Positions 1 through 13,631 of a stretch of 64,000 bases of DNA are shown one piece after another. The notes under the pieces were generated by a model that was not told the DNA's origin, did no database searches, and saw only the letters and a program-made list of their open reading frames with translations. The DNA is taken from assembly GCA_003568415.1 (NCBI GenBank), contig PWXV01000058.1:1952-65951 (forward strand), given 5' to 3'. This stretch comes from Ignavibacteriales bacterium (GTDB lineage Bacteria > Bacteroidota > Ignavibacteria > T3Sed10-11). The translations under genes and the position numbers were made by a program. Every line of letters starts with the position of its first letter. Position 1 is the first letter of the stretch.

Positions 1-2477
<2,477 letters not shown>

Positions 2478-2509
2478 AGTATTCTCGTTTTAATTTTTAA
2501 TTTCAATTT

Positions 2510-5500
2510 TTATTCATTCATTGTATTACGCACGCGTTCAATCTCGCGCCGGGCTGCTGCTTTATATTGCCCTTCAATCCCGCGCCGATCGATTATTTCC
2601 TGATACATTGCGATTGCTTCGTTCGGTTTATCCATTTGTTCATATGATTGACCGGCCATGTAGAGTGCTGTTGCGGTCCAATCGAGTTGTGTTGTGCGCG
2701 GATCAATTTCGGTAACTGTTTTGAATTCCCGTATTGCCCGTTTATAATTTCCCATCATATGATATGAATCACCGGTATAATATCGAAGTTCGGTTTCAAG
2801 TGGGCGGTCGGCATAAAGCGTGAGTGATTGAAATACAGATATCGAGCGCTCGTATTGATTCGTGCGCTGATATAATGTTCCCGTTTTAATTTTTTTATCG
2901 ATAACTGCTTCATCGTTCGGGAACCGCTCGATAAACTCTTCGGTCAGTTCAAGTGCCGCTTCGTGAAATCCGATCTCTTCGTATGCCTGGGCAAGGTTCT
3001 GAATTGCATAATACATTAAGCCGTCATCGTCAGAGGCTTTCTCGGAAACTATACGATAATGATCGATCGCGTCGATAAATTGTTCATTCCGTAAAAGGAG
3101 TCCTGCGTAGGCAAGATGAACATGCGGTATTATTTCGGCATTTGAGAAGTTTTGTAATATTTCCTCATACTTATTTCTCGCATCGGTTCTTCGCCCAACT
3201 GCCTCCCACGTCCTTCCGAGATAGAAGTGTGCATCGGCCAGTTTTTCATGTCGCCGGTGTTCCTGTATAAATTGTTGAAATGCCCGCGCCGCATTGTCGT
3301 ATGCTCTTGTCCTGAAACGATGCATTGCAATTTCAAATTCGAACTCTGCTGCTATATCGCTTTCATCCGGATAATTTGATTTGAATGCCTCAATGCGGCG
3401 TCTTCCATCATCGACATTATTACTACGCAAGAGGGCGATTATCTCACGTCGATGGTAGATTTTCCTGACATCGTTTGATCCGGCATGTTCGGCAACCGCG
3501 CGGAGGTGGGGAGCTGCCAGTTCGTATCTGCCGTTGAGATAGAGAAGATCTGCAATATCTTTATTTGCTATTCCGCCGGTAATGATCTCTGAAGCACGCG
3601 AGAAATGATAATCTGATACCTGTGTTTTTCCCTGCTGTCTGTATAATTCACCGAGTATGAGTGACGCAATACCCGCCCGGTCAGATGAGCGGTCCCGCAC
3701 AATATACCGTTCAAAATACTCGATAGCGGTACCATCCAACCCTGCGTGGTGAGCTGCGATTGCTGCATCATACAGTATCGCATCCGGCACATCGACCGGG
3801 TTAAAATATGATGTCTCATGTATTGCAATTATATCTTCGAATAACTCAACTGCTTCACGGTTACGGTTGTCTTTTTTATATGCACGAGCAAGTTCTTTTC
3901 TTGCTTCATTGATCTTGTTATGATAATAGTGATTACGGACAAATTGTGTGTATATCTCGATGGCCTCACGATACCGGTTGTTAGTCTGGTGGAGTTGTGC
4001 TGCCGAAAGCATTGCATCAGCTATATAAGCGCTGCCTGAATACCTGCGCATATATGTTATAAATAAATCGGCAGCCCGGCTTTCTTCCCCCGCAGCAAGA
4101 TGATAGTTCGCAAGCCGAATCGTTGCATCGCCGGCTGCAGGTTGATTTTGATATTGCTGCACTATCTGTTTGTATTTTTCTACGGCATTGGTTCGTTCAC
4201 CGATATCTTCCAGGGTTTCGGCGAGCATCATGCGTACTGTAAGTGTGTGATCCGAACGTGGAAATGTTTCAATGTACTTTTCCGCTGTATTAATAAATTC
4301 TGCCGGTCCGGCTACCGACCGTAACACATCGAGATGATAAAAAGAAATTGTCTCACTATGAGGTGCGCGAGCCGGTCGGTTACTGAGATCGGATAGTTTT
4401 GCAAGTGCTTCAGATCTGCGGTCTTCGGAACGCTGTGCCATTCGGTAAAGCGAATACGCATAAAGATATTCTGCCTGCGTTTTCTTATCGTCCGGCAGCT
4501 CCATAGATAAAGTGGTTTCAAACTGCCGTGCCGCTTCCGGATATTGCTTTAGTTTGTTGAGATATATCTCGCCAAGCTGGAACGCTAGCTCACCGCGGGG
4601 CGATCCGGCGATCATCTCGCTCATAAGCATTGTTATATTCTGAAATCCGCCGTCGCGATCCTGTAAATGGTAAATTTCAAGTTCTTTTTTTAGCTCAGCA
4701 ATATCCACCAATAACGTGCTTCCCGGAAAACGTTCTTGAAATTCCTGCACGATATAGTATGCGTTTTGATCGTTACCGATCTTTAATTGCATTCGTGCCT
4801 GGCCGTACAATGCATCGTCAATGAAACGTGATTCGGGAAAACGGTATGCAAGTTCCTCATAGACCGATAGTGCTTTACGCGGGTCGTTAAGATGCTCTTC
4901 GGCTAACGTACCTAACTGAAATAATGCCTCGGCAGTTAGTGGTGTGTTATAGAGCTCAGCATATCTTCTTAATTTATCGGCCGCATCCCGATAAAGACCT
5001 GCTTGAATTCTGTTCATTGCCGAGCGGATGTATGCCTCTTCTTTTTTGTCGTCGGGTGCGTCGATACCGATAATTCGATCCCACCAGTCTATAGCTTGAT
5101 AGAAATTTCGCATTCCCTCATTACTTCGTGCGGCACCCTGCCAGATTGTTATAAGTTCCTGCCTGGATGCTTCTGAAGCATATTGTCGTGCATAAAGATC
5201 GAAGAACGTTGCGGCGCTGGAGTAATCGCCGAGTGCATTATAACTTTCAGCAATACCGAGCATTGCACGGCGAGCTACATATAACTTGTTTTCATCGGCG
5301 GTTCCTTCTGTAGAACGTTGTGCCCGACGGAATAGATCTACTGCTTCAAGATGTTGACCCTGTTCCTGATGGAGTTCTGCGCGGTGAAGCAGGGCGTTCG
5401 GATAAGAAGAGGTGGTATTGTATCGATCCATAACGCGTTTGTATTCCTCATGTGCCCGATCGAATACACGGAGGTTGTGATATGATTGAGCCAGACCGAG

Positions 5501-6211
5501 TATAGCTTCGGCACGCATACTTACAGACCGGCTGTCGGTTGCTTGATCGGGAATTTCCGAAATAACTCTCCGGAATACGTCGCCGGCTCTTGAATACTCA
5601 CCGGCATCGAGACGATATTGACCGAACCGCAATCTTGCATCAAGAATTACACCCGAACCACTATGCCGCAGTATGATGCGACGTAAATACTCATCGGATT
5701 TATTCCGGTCGCCTGCTTTTTCAAAATAAGTACTTGCTTTAAACAGCGCATCTGGTACGATCTCATGGTCGGGATGAAATTGAAAAAGACGCTCAAGCGC
5801 AAGGCCTGCATCGGGAAACCGTTCCTGGTCGGCATATATAGCGGCGACTTGTACCCACGCATCGGGAGCCCGTGTATGATCGGGGAAGGTTAGCGCAAAT
5901 GTTTGCAATGTCATCCGTGCGTTTTCCTCCTGCCCGAGCTGGCGGTATATCATACCGAGATAATAGCGTGATTCGATACCCTGTGAGGTTTGCGGATGTT
6001 CTTCGATAATAGATCTGAAATGATCCATTGCAAGGCTGTAATTCCCCTCATCGAAGAGTTGCACTGCAAGTACAAAATCATCAATAATTGCAGTATCCCG
6101 GTCTTCAGTTATCACCGTGTCCCGGTCTTCGGTTATCAGAGTGTCAGCCGCATTAGTTGACAGATGAAAAAGGAGGAAGGGAATAACTGCTAAAAATATG
6201 AATACAATACG
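2510..6211 (-). CDS. large tetratricopeptide-repeat (TPR) protein with N-terminal signal/TM segment
   Basis: More than 20 TPR-like 34-aa units (W/LG/Y...A...F...A...P pattern, e.g. YYLGMIYRQLGQEENA, YRLANYHLAAGEES). The likely start is a GTG at 6211 preceded by GGAGAG, giving VQRRIVFIFLAVIPFLLFHLSTNA as a signal/TM. The track's ATG at 6391 is the alternative. Confidence 0.75.
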   Translation of the reverse strand, partial: RIVFIFLAVIPFLLFHLSTNAADTLITEDRDTVITEDRDTAIIDDFVLAVQLFDEGNYSLAMDHFRSIIEEHPQTSQGIESRYYLGMIYRQLGQEENARMTLQTFALTFPDHTRAPDAWVQVAAIYADQERFPDAGLALERLFQFHPDHEIVPDALFKASTYFEKAGDRNKSDEYLRRIILRHSGSGVILDARLRFGQYRLDAGEYSRAGDVFRRVISEIPDQATDSRSVSMRAEAILGLAQSYHNLRVFDRAHEEYKRVMDRYNTTSSYPNALLHRAELHQEQGQHLEAVDLFRRAQRSTEGTADENKLYVARRAMLGIAESYNALGDYSSAATFFDLYARQYASEASRQELITIWQGAARSNEGMRNFYQAIDWWDRIIGIDAPDDKKEEAYIRSAMNRIQAGLYRDAADKLRRYAELYNTPLTAEALFQLGTLAEEHLNDPRKALSVYEELAYRFPESRFIDDALYGQARMQLKIGNDQNAYYIVQEFQERFPGSTLLVDIAELKKELEIYHLQDRDGGFQNITMLMSEMIAGSPRGELAFQLGEIYLNKLKQYPEAARQFETTLSMELPDDKKTQAEYLYAYSLYRMAQRSEDRRSEALAKLSDLSNRPARAPHSETISFYHLDVLRSVAGPAEFINTAEKYIETFPRSDHTLTVRMMLAETLEDIGERTNAVEKYKQIVQQYQNQPAAGDATIRLANYHLAAGEESRAADLFITYMRRYSGSAYIADAMLSAAQLHQTNNRYREAIEIYTQFVRNHYYHNKINEARKELARAYKKDNRNREAVELFEDIIAIHETSYFNPVDVPDAILYDAAIAAHHAGLDGTAIEYFERYIVRDRSSDRAGIASLILGELYRQQGKTQVSDYHFSRASEIITGGIANKDIADLLYLNGRYELAAPHLRAVAEHAGSNDVRKIYHRREIIALLRSNNVDDGRRRIEAFKSNYPDESDIAAEFEFEIAMHRFRTRAYDNAARAFQQFIQEHRRHEKLADAHFYLGRTWEAVGRRTDARNKYEEILQNFSNAEIIPHVHLAYAGLLLRNEQFIDAIDHYRIVSEKASDDDGLMYYAIQNLAQAYEEIGFHEAALELTEEFIERFPNDEAVIDKKIKTGTLYQRTNQYERSISVFQSLTLYADRPLETELRYYTGDSYHMMGNYKRAIREFKTVTEIDPRTTQLDWTATALYMAGQSYEQMDKPNEAIAMYQEIIDRRGIEGQYKAAARREIERVRNTMNE

Positions 6212-6409
6212 TCGCTGCACGTTACATCTCTCCGTAAAGTTTGTTGATATCGTTTGTAAAGGGTGTAATGTCCTAATAATGTGTAAGTTAATATATTTCA
6301 ATGAATACAGCAAACTGGAAGCAGATGTGTGAAGTGTCAACCTGAGAACGGGTTGAAATATTTTTTTTGGCGTGATTATGTGTCTTTTCATACTTGGAAT
6401 AAAAAAAGG

Positions 6410-6461
6410 AGCACGCTTTTATCCCTACAGCAGGATTTTAAGCGTACTCCTCTAAATTGTA
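6410..6461 (-). terminator. intrinsic terminator after the three-gene complex II operon
   Basis: On the minus strand: GGAGTACGCTT...AAGCGTGCTCC, a 12-bp stem with one mismatch, followed by TTTTTTTA. Confidence 0.6.
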
Positions 6462-6489
6462 CATTTATTAGTCTACTGTCTACCGATTC

Positions 6490-7224
6490 TCAGAATACCG
6501 CTTTCATATACTCACGCCGCATACGTGCAATAGCTTCAATGGAAATCTCTTTCGGACAAACAGCTTCGCACTCGGCGTAGTTCGAACAGTCGCCGAATCC
6601 TTCTTGTTCCATCTGGTCGATCATTCGTCGTGCACGCCGTTTACGCTCGGGTTCACCCTGTGGAAGAAGTGAATATTGCGCGATTTTTGCACCGGTGAAT
6701 AAAGATGCCGATGAGTTCGGACACGCTGCGACACATGCACCGCATCCGATGCAAGCGGCAAAATCCATAGCCCGTTCGGCTTTGTCCTGTGGTATTGGAA
6801 TTGCATTCGCATCCGGCGGTGCTCCGGTGTTAACCGATACATAGCCGCCGGCAATCATAATACGGTCGAATGCACTACGATCGACAACAAGATCTTTAAT
6901 GACAGGAAAACCCTTTGCCCTGAATGGTTCAATTGTTATGGTATCGCCCTCCCGGTAATGGCGCATATGGAGCTGACATGTTGCAGCACCCTGCCAGGGT
7001 CCATGTGCGATGCCATCGATAACCATACCGCACGATCCGCAGATTCCTTCGCGGCAATCGCTATCGAACTCGACCGGTTCCTCACCGTTTGCTATGAGAT
7101 CTTCATTTAAAAAGTCGAGCATTTCAAGAAATGACATATGCTCGTTTGCCTCGACGGTGTAATTCCTGAAACCGCCACGGTCGTTTGGTCCTTTTTGCCG
7201 CCATACTTTCAGATTGAGTTTCAT
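6490..7224 (-). CDS. frdB: succinate dehydrogenase/fumarate reductase iron-sulfur subunit
   Basis: Cysteine clusters for 2Fe-2S ([11 protein letters not shown]), 4Fe-4S ([12 protein letters not shown]) and 3Fe-4S ([15 protein letters not shown]). A GGAGAA RBS precedes the start. Confidence 0.9.
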   Translation of the reverse strand: MKLNLKVWRQKGPNDRGGFRNYTVEANEHMSFLEMLDFLNEDLIANGEEPVEFDSDCREGICGSCGMVIDGIAHGPWQGAATCQLHMRHYREGDTITIEPFRAKGFPVIKDLVVDRSAFDRIMIAGGYVSVNTGAPPDANAIPIPQDKAERAMDFAACIGCGACVAACPNSSASLFTGAKIAQYSLLPQGEPERKRRARRMIDQMEQEGFGDCSNYAECEAVCPKEISIEAIARMRREYMKAVF

Positions 7225-7247
7225 TGAGTGTGTTCTCCGAATAAATT

Positions 7248-9161
7248 TTACTTATAACTTCGTTGCGTAAGTTTAACAGCCTGGAATTTCAGGGGTTCTT
7301 TGTGTAGCTTAGGTTTTTTACCTTCACCTTTATATTCCCAGGCAGCAACGTATGCGAATTCTTTATCATTTCGCAATGCTTCTCCGTCCTCTGTTTGGTA
7401 CTCTTCGCGGAAGTGGCCGCCGCATGATTCGTTACGATGGAGCGCATCCTGTGCCATCAGTTCGCCCAGTTCAAAATAGTCTGCGAGGCGGCCTGCGTAT
7501 TCAAGGTCTTTATTGAGTTCCTGATCGCGGCCGATGAGTTTAAGGTTCTGCCAGAATTCTTCGCGCAGATTTTTGATCTTCTTGACGGCATCTTGCAGGC
7601 TCTTTTTCGTTCGTGCCATTCCCACATTGTTCCACATAATTTTACCGAGCTCGCGATGGAATTGCAGAACAGTCTTGCTGCCGTTAATGCCAAGCAGTTT
7701 TTGCGTCATTTGTTGAACACCATCAGCTGCATCGGCGAATGCATCGTGATTGGATGTAACTTTTGGCAGTTCGGTTGATGCGAGATAATCTCCAATTGTA
7801 TAAGGAATTACAAAATATCCGTCGGCAAGACCCTGCATTAATGCACTTGCACCGAGGCGGTTTGCGCCGTGATCGGAGAAGTTCGCTTCACCAAGCACAT
7901 AGAGCCCCGGTATTGTGCTCATTAAGTTATAATCAACCCAGAGACCGCCCATTGTATAATGTACCGCAGGATAAATGCGCATCGGTACTTCATACGGATT
8001 TTCATCGGTTATGCGTTGATACATATCGAACAGGTTGCTGTATCGCTGACGTATTACATCTTTGCCGAGACGATTAATTGCATCCTGGAAATCGAGATAC
8101 ACGGCAAGACCGGTGTCGCCGACACCACGCCCGTCATCACAGACTTCTTTCGCGGCACGCGAGGAGATGTCACGCGGTGCAAGATTACCGTAACTCGGAT
8201 ACTTTCGTTCAAGATAGTAATCGCGTTCCTCTTCGGGAATGTCACTCGGATGGCGGTTATCACCTTTATTTTTCGGTACCCATACACGCCCGTCGTTCCG
8301 TAGACTCTCGCTCATCAAGGTGAGTTTGGATTGATAGTCTCCCGATTGCGGTATACACGTGGGGTGTATCTGTGTGAAGCAGGGGTTACCGAAGGCTGCG
8401 CCGCGTTTGTAACATCGCCAGACGGCGGTAGCATTGGAGTTTTTAGCATTTGTTGAAAGGTAGTACACATTGCCATATCCGCCGGTACATAATAGCACCG
8501 CATCTGCTTCGTGCCGTTCTATAACACCGGTAATGAGGTTACGGGTAATGATTCCGCGTGCCTTGCCGTCGATAATGACAAGATCGAGCATTTCACGGCG
8601 GGGGAACTGTTTTACCTTTCCGGCTTCAACCTGACGCATCATAGCACTGTATGCACCGAGCAAAAGTTGCTGACCGGTTTGTCCGCGTGCATAGAATGTT
8701 CGTGATACCTGTGCACCTCCGAATGAACGGTTAGCAAGTAAACCGCCGTATTCCCGCGCGAATGGTACACCTTGAGCTACACATTGATCAATAATTGCAT
8801 TGCTCACTTGTGCGAGCCGGTATACGTTTGCTTCACGCGCACGGAAGTCGCCGCCTTTGACGGTATCTGCAAACAACCGTTCAATGGTATCACCGTCGTT
8901 TGGATAATTCTTGGCTGCATTAATACCACCCTGTGCTGCGATACTGTGGGCACGGCGCGATGTATCGTGAATGAAATAGGCTTTGACATTGTAGCCGAGT
9001 TCACCAAGCGATGCTGCGGCTGAAGCACCGGCAAGGCCGGTACCGACTACTATGATAGTGAATTTTCTTTTGTTAGCCGGATTGACAAGCTTTATGCTGT
9101 TTTTGTGGCGATCCCATTTTTCTTGAACGGGACCGGCAGGGATTTTAGAATCGAGTTTCAT
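7248..9161 (-). CDS. frdA: succinate dehydrogenase/fumarate reductase flavoprotein subunit
   Basis: N-terminal FAD-binding GxGxxG ([13 protein letters not shown]), the covalent-FAD His region ([12 protein letters not shown]), the HPT motif, and a C-terminal [14 protein letters not shown] active site. GAGGA RBS. Confidence 0.9.
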   Translation of the reverse strand: MKLDSKIPAGPVQEKWDRHKNSIKLVNPANKRKFTIIVVGTGLAGASAAASLGELGYNVKAYFIHDTSRRAHSIAAQGGINAAKNYPNDGDTIERLFADTVKGGDFRAREANVYRLAQVSNAIIDQCVAQGVPFAREYGGLLANRSFGGAQVSRTFYARGQTGQQLLLGAYSAMMRQVEAGKVKQFPRREMLDLVIIDGKARGIITRNLITGVIERHEADAVLLCTGGYGNVYYLSTNAKNSNATAVWRCYKRGAAFGNPCFTQIHPTCIPQSGDYQSKLTLMSESLRNDGRVWVPKNKGDNRHPSDIPEEERDYYLERKYPSYGNLAPRDISSRAAKEVCDDGRGVGDTGLAVYLDFQDAINRLGKDVIRQRYSNLFDMYQRITDENPYEVPMRIYPAVHYTMGGLWVDYNLMSTIPGLYVLGEANFSDHGANRLGASALMQGLADGYFVIPYTIGDYLASTELPKVTSNHDAFADAADGVQQMTQKLLGINGSKTVLQFHRELGKIMWNNVGMARTKKSLQDAVKKIKNLREEFWQNLKLIGRDQELNKDLEYAGRLADYFELGELMAQDALHRNESCGGHFREEYQTEDGEALRNDKEFAYVAAWEYKGEGKKPKLHKEPLKFQAVKLTQRSYK

Positions 9162-9184
9162 TATGATCCTCTATAAGATATGAT

Positions 9185-9895
9185 TCAGACGAAAAAGTAA
9201 ATGTAGATCGGTAGAAAGAGAAAACCAAATGCAATAAGCACGGCGAATATACCGCCAATCGTATAGATGATTGGTGATATGCGTGGATTATTTGCTCCCA
9301 GAGACTGAAAGGCGCTCCACACTCCGTGCCGTAGATGGAAACCGAGTAATATCATTACAAAAACATAACCGATGACGTATCCCTCTTTTTTAAATACGTC
9401 GGTGATACGTTGATGCACATCCTTAAGGGGTTCGCCATCAACAATGATCTCTTCCCCCGCTTCGGTAGCGACGTACCCTTCTTCCACACCGGGTCCCCAT
9501 TTAAATGTCTGCAGGTGAAAGATTATAAATATGCCGAGAATTATACCCGTCCATATCATGGTTTTTGAACTAAAATTTTTCTTACTCTCGCCACCCCGTG
9601 TTGCCGATACTGCGTAATCTACCGGTCGGAGTTTTTTCCTCCTGAGATAGATCACGATACCGAGTATAATGTGCAGCACGATCGCTACAAGGAGAATGAT
9701 CTCGGTTAGGTAAAACAGCGCACCAAGACTATGCAAGAAGTGTGCATATCTGTTGATGGCATTAGGATCGCTGTCGAAATACGCAAGATTTCCTAATAGG
9801 TGAACAAGCACGAACAAGCTGAGTAGTATGCCGGTTATTCCGGTAAATACTTTTTTCCCGACGCTTGTCCATGCTGCTGATTTTAACGAAGGCAT
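9185..9895 (-). CDS. succinate dehydrogenase/fumarate reductase cytochrome b subunit, single-anchor b558 family
   Basis: 236-aa protein with five predicted TM helices. It is the first gene of the CAB-order operon typical of type-B (Bacillus/Wolinella/Bacteroides-like) complex II. GAGGAA RBS. Confidence 0.8.
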   Translation of the reverse strand: MPSLKSAAWTSVGKKVFTGITGILLSLFVLVHLLGNLAYFDSDPNAINRYAHFLHSLGALFYLTEIILLVAIVLHIILGIVIYLRRKKLRPVDYAVSATRGGESKKNFSSKTMIWTGIILGIFIIFHLQTFKWGPGVEEGYVATEAGEEIIVDGEPLKDVHQRITDVFKKEGYVIGYVFVMILLGFHLRHGVWSAFQSLGANNPRISPIIYTIGGIFAVLIAFGFLFLPIYIYFFV

Positions 9896-10057
9896 GTTTT
9901 GATTCCTCTTAACATTACTTAATAGCGTGACGGTGAAACATGGAATTTTTCAGAAAAGGTGTCTGCAGATCGCAATTATATTGTTTTAAAGGTATTAAAG
10001 TATGAAATAATAATCAAGCGGTGAAATAGAGAAGGCGGGACAGGAAACAGTGTGATG

Positions 10058-10131
10058 GTATATATAAAGGCAAAACAATGAAGGGCAACATAATTATTAC
10101 AAGAAATGGTATTGCCCAAAATTGTTTTGCC
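10058..10131 (-). terminator. intrinsic terminator between the two complex II operons
   Basis: Perfect 11-bp inverted repeat GGCAAAACAAT / ATTGTTTTGCC with a nested GGGCAA/TTGCCC inner stem, followed on the minus strand by TTTATATATA. Confidence 0.55.
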
Positions 10132-10158
10132 TCTGGCTTCAAGAAAAATTGATTTATT

Positions 10159-10863
10159 TCAGATTTCTCTGGTTACGATCGCCTTTTTCAGTTGCGAGAG
10201 ATGAAAGGTAACATCGATCTCTTTTGGACAGGCTTCCACACAATTGAAGATTGTCCGGCAGCGCCATACGCCGTCACTGTGATCAAGAATATTCAGACGT
10301 TCACCGGCACCGTCATCGCGCGAGTCGAATATGAAACGGTATGCTTTCAGTAAAGCGGCCGGTCCGAGAAAGTCCGGGTTGCTCCAGTTCGACGGACAGC
10401 TCGTGCTGCAAGCACCACACATTATACACCAGGTGGATTCATCTATCAAGCGCTGTTCTTGCATGCTTTGCAAACGTTCCGTTGGCGGTGGAGGATTATT
10501 GTTGATCAGATATGGTTTTATCACCGTATATTTTTGGTAGAATGTGTCCATATTTACGATGAGATCCTTGATCACGGGAAGCGATGGTAATGGATCAATC
10601 GTTATGGTGTGTTGCTTTTTCAGGTTGCCGATCAACGCTTCGCAGGTGAGCATATTTTCACCGTTGACGGTCATAGCGCACGAACCGCATATGCCATGCG
10701 CGCAGGATCGCCTGAAGGCAAGTGTGCCGTCCTGTTCCCATTTCACTCTGTGCAGCAGATCGAGTACCTTTTCTTTCTTGTCCGCTTCAACTTCGTAGGT
10801 TTTATAATGCGGTTTGGTGTCGGTTTCAGGATTGTAACGGAATAATCTAAGTTTGATCTTCAT
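10159..10863 (-). CDS. sdhB: succinate dehydrogenase iron-sulfur subunit
   Basis: SCAHGICGSCAM (2Fe-2S), CIMCGACSTSCP and CVEACPKEI cysteine clusters. Confidence 0.9.
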   Translation of the reverse strand: MKIKLRLFRYNPETDTKPHYKTYEVEADKKEKVLDLLHRVKWEQDGTLAFRRSCAHGICGSCAMTVNGENMLTCEALIGNLKKQHTITIDPLPSLPVIKDLIVNMDTFYQKYTVIKPYLINNNPPPPTERLQSMQEQRLIDESTWCIMCGACSTSCPSNWSNPDFLGPAALLKAYRFIFDSRDDGAGERLNILDHSDGVWRCRTIFNCVEACPKEIDVTFHLSQLKKAIVTREI

Positions 10864-10864
10864 A

Positions 10865-12598
10865 TTAATATTTCCTTTCCTGCGGCTGGAATTTTGTAAT
10901 CACGACCGGTTTGTAAGTGAACTCAATAGTGCCGTCGTCTTTGCGAAGTGCGATGGTATGTTTCAGCCAGTCGTTATCATCGCGTTTCGGAAAATCGATG
11001 CGGGCGTGCCCGCCGCGGCTTTCGTGACGGTTAAGCGCGCCGGCTACGATGTGCCGGGCAAAATCGAGCAGATTGCCAAGCTCAAGTGCTTCGGCGAGGT
11101 CGGTGTTGAAAACCGTTCCTTTGTCATCGATCTGTATATTTGCAAACCGCTGCTCCAGCTCCTCAACTTTAGTCAGTCCTTCTTTCAGATTGTTTTCATC
11201 GCGATAAACACCGACTTTTTCATTCATTACTGCCTGTAATTCATTACGCAGTGTCCCGACCTTTTCGGTGCCGGTATTATTCTTAATTTTATCAACCCTG
11301 TCCAGCGATGCTTTGAATTGATCCTCGACATACTCAGCTTTCACGGTTCCGTTCTCATTCAGGAATCTTACAATCGATTTGCCGGCGCGTCTGCCGTAAA
11401 CCACTGCATCAAGCAAGCTGTTGGTACCGAGTCGATTGGCACCATGCACTGAAACACATGCACATTCACCTGCTGCATAAAAACCCTCGACTTTGTTATC
11501 GATACCGTCGGCGAGTACTTCGGCATCGACCGTTACCGGTATGCCGCCCATCGAGTAGTGTGCAGTCGGCTCAATGGGAATCGGTTCTTTAACCGGATCT
11601 ACGCCGACCAATTTTCTGCAAAATCCCATGATCTCCGGGAGTCGTTCTTTGAGGCGTTCCTCACCGAGATGCCGTAAGTCAAGGTGGACGCATCGTTTGC
11701 CGTCGATACCACGTCCTTCATTTATTTCCGTCCAGATCGACCGCGATACAAGATCGCGCGGGGCAAGCTCCATTACTTTCGGGGCATATTGTTTCATAAA
11801 GCGCTCGCCGTCATTATTTAACAGATACCCGCCTTCTCCACGCGCTCCTTCGGTAACAAGAATACCGTACGCATAAATACCTGTCGGGTGGAACTGCACG
11901 AACTCCATATCCTCAAGCGGAATACCTGCGCGCACCGTGATACCCAAACCGTCGCCGGTATTCGCGTGTGCATTTGATGTGATCTTGTATGCACGTCCGT
12001 ATCCACCGGTACCGAACATTACCACTTTTGAGTGGAACGAAACAAACCTTCCATTCGGCATATCGTATGCAACGAGTCCTCTGGTTATATTATCTTTAAC
12101 TAAAAGATCGACTGCATAATATTCATTGTAAAACTTCACATTGTTTTTGACGCATTGTTCATACAATGTGTGGAGGAGAACATGCCCGGTACGGTCGGCA
12201 GCGTAACAAGCACGGAGCACAGCAGCCTCACCGTAGTTTTTCGTATGACCGCCAAACTTGCGCTGGGCGATTTTGCCTTCGGCAGTTCGGCTGAATGGGG
12301 TTCCTAAGTGTTCGAGTTCAAAGAGTGTGGGGAGTGCATCGTTCACGAGCAGTTCGATTGCATCCTGATCACCGAGATAATCCGACCCCTTTACGGTATC
12401 GAAGAAATGCCAGTCAATATGGTCTTCTTCTTCATTTGCCAGAGCCGCCGCGATTCCGCCCTGGGCTGCACCTGAGTGCGAGCGAAGGGGAAAGAGTTTC
12501 GAAACGACGGCAACATCGTAATATTGAGATGCTTCAAGTGCTGCCCGTAATCCCGCTAATCCGCTTCCCACAATAACAACATCGTGTGATAGTTTCAT
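10865..12598 (-). CDS. sdhA: succinate dehydrogenase flavoprotein subunit
   Basis: [17 protein letters not shown] dinucleotide fold, [12 protein letters not shown] covalent-FAD histidine region, HPTG motif, C-terminal [10 protein letters not shown]. Confidence 0.9.
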   Translation of the reverse strand: MKLSHDVVIVGSGLAGLRAALEASQYYDVAVVSKLFPLRSHSGAAQGGIAAALANEEEDHIDWHFFDTVKGSDYLGDQDAIELLVNDALPTLFELEHLGTPFSRTAEGKIAQRKFGGHTKNYGEAAVLRACYAADRTGHVLLHTLYEQCVKNNVKFYNEYYAVDLLVKDNITRGLVAYDMPNGRFVSFHSKVVMFGTGGYGRAYKITSNAHANTGDGLGITVRAGIPLEDMEFVQFHPTGIYAYGILVTEGARGEGGYLLNNDGERFMKQYAPKVMELAPRDLVSRSIWTEINEGRGIDGKRCVHLDLRHLGEERLKERLPEIMGFCRKLVGVDPVKEPIPIEPTAHYSMGGIPVTVDAEVLADGIDNKVEGFYAAGECACVSVHGANRLGTNSLLDAVVYGRRAGKSIVRFLNENGTVKAEYVEDQFKASLDRVDKIKNNTGTEKVGTLRNELQAVMNEKVGVYRDENNLKEGLTKVEELEQRFANIQIDDKGTVFNTDLAEALELGNLLDFARHIVAGALNRHESRGGHARIDFPKRDDNDWLKHTIALRKDDGTIEFTYKPVVITKFQPQERKY

Positions 12599-12623
12599 GG
12601 TTTAATTTCCTTTTTCTTGAGCA

Positions 12624-12977
12624 TTAAAAATGTAAGATGTTTGCTATACCGAGTGCCCCGAATCCTATCCCGAGCAATATCAGCAAACTCAATACCGTCA
12701 TATTAAGCCAGGACGGTAGTTTAAAATCTCTGTAGATGTTCCATACACCCTGCAATCCGTGATACAGGGCGAGCACTACAAATGCAATCTGTAACATCTG
12801 GTAGTATGGATTCTGCATTCGTTCGTAGACCCGGTCGTATAAGTGTCCCATTTCAGGATTATAGTGCATAAGGATAAAGTGCCCGACCATGACAACTACG
12901 AGCACGACACCGCTGATGCGCTGAAGAAACCAGCTCATCGACCCGGACGCGCGTGATCCTATATATTTATATTCCAT
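12624..12977 (-). CDS. sdhD: succinate dehydrogenase hydrophobic membrane anchor subunit
   Basis: 117 aa with three hydrophobic helices, sitting between sdhC and sdhA. Confidence 0.65.
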   Translation of the reverse strand: MEYKYIGSRASGSMSWFLQRISGVVLVVVMVGHFILMHYNPEMGHLYDRVYERMQNPYYQMLQIAFVVLALYHGLQGVWNIYRDFKLPSWLNMTVLSLLILLGIGFGALGIANILHF

Positions 12978-12998
12978 GGTAAAACTCCTTGATCATAT

Positions 12999-13427
12999 TC
13001 AGGAAAAGAAAGAAACGGCATAGGACAGGAAATCATGGTCAGAGTGACCGAAGAAAATGATATATCCCATCCAGAGAAAGACGACAAGCCCGACTGCGAT
13101 GGCACCGTATAATAATTGTTTATGATATTTAGCGCCTCTGCCAAAGTCGATGATTACAATACGGATGCCGTTCAGGGTGTGGTAGATGACGAGTCCGAAA
13201 AGAATCCACGCAGCAAATAACCAATGGGGTTGCATAAAAACCTGCATCTTTGCATTAAATGCTTCGGGACCTTCCTGGAGTGATGCGAGCGTATTAATGT
13301 GGACAAGTACATATACCGTTAAGCCGAGTCCGGTAATGCGGTGCAGAAGCCACGCCCAGCTTCCTGAGAATTTCCTGTAACGCACTACATTTGAAATCCA
13401 TTCATTCGTTGGTGATTTTTCATACAT
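12999..13427 (-). CDS. sdhC: succinate dehydrogenase cytochrome b556 subunit
   Basis: 142 aa with three TM helices, an LHRITG motif and a conserved His. It is the first gene of an sdhCDAB-order operon. Confidence 0.75.
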   Translation of the reverse strand: MYEKSPTNEWISNVVRYRKFSGSWAWLLHRITGLGLTVYVLVHINTLASLQEGPEAFNAKMQVFMQPHWLFAAWILFGLVIYHTLNGIRIVIIDFGRGAKYHKQLLYGAIAVGLVVFLWMGYIIFFGHSDHDFLSYAVSFFS

Positions 13428-13631
13428 AGGAATTGACTCCTTGATTTGCTCTTGGTTAGAAAAGCGAGTGGTGAGATGATTTGGTTCATAAAGATAAACC
13501 TGCGCGTGGTGTGAGAAGTGTTACGAGACAGTAGGAAATACCATTATCGATAAGGTGCTGACTGTAATACTTCTCCGGTTTGTTTATATATTGTACAAGT
13601 TATAAAAGTACCGTAATGAAGTCAAGTAGCA

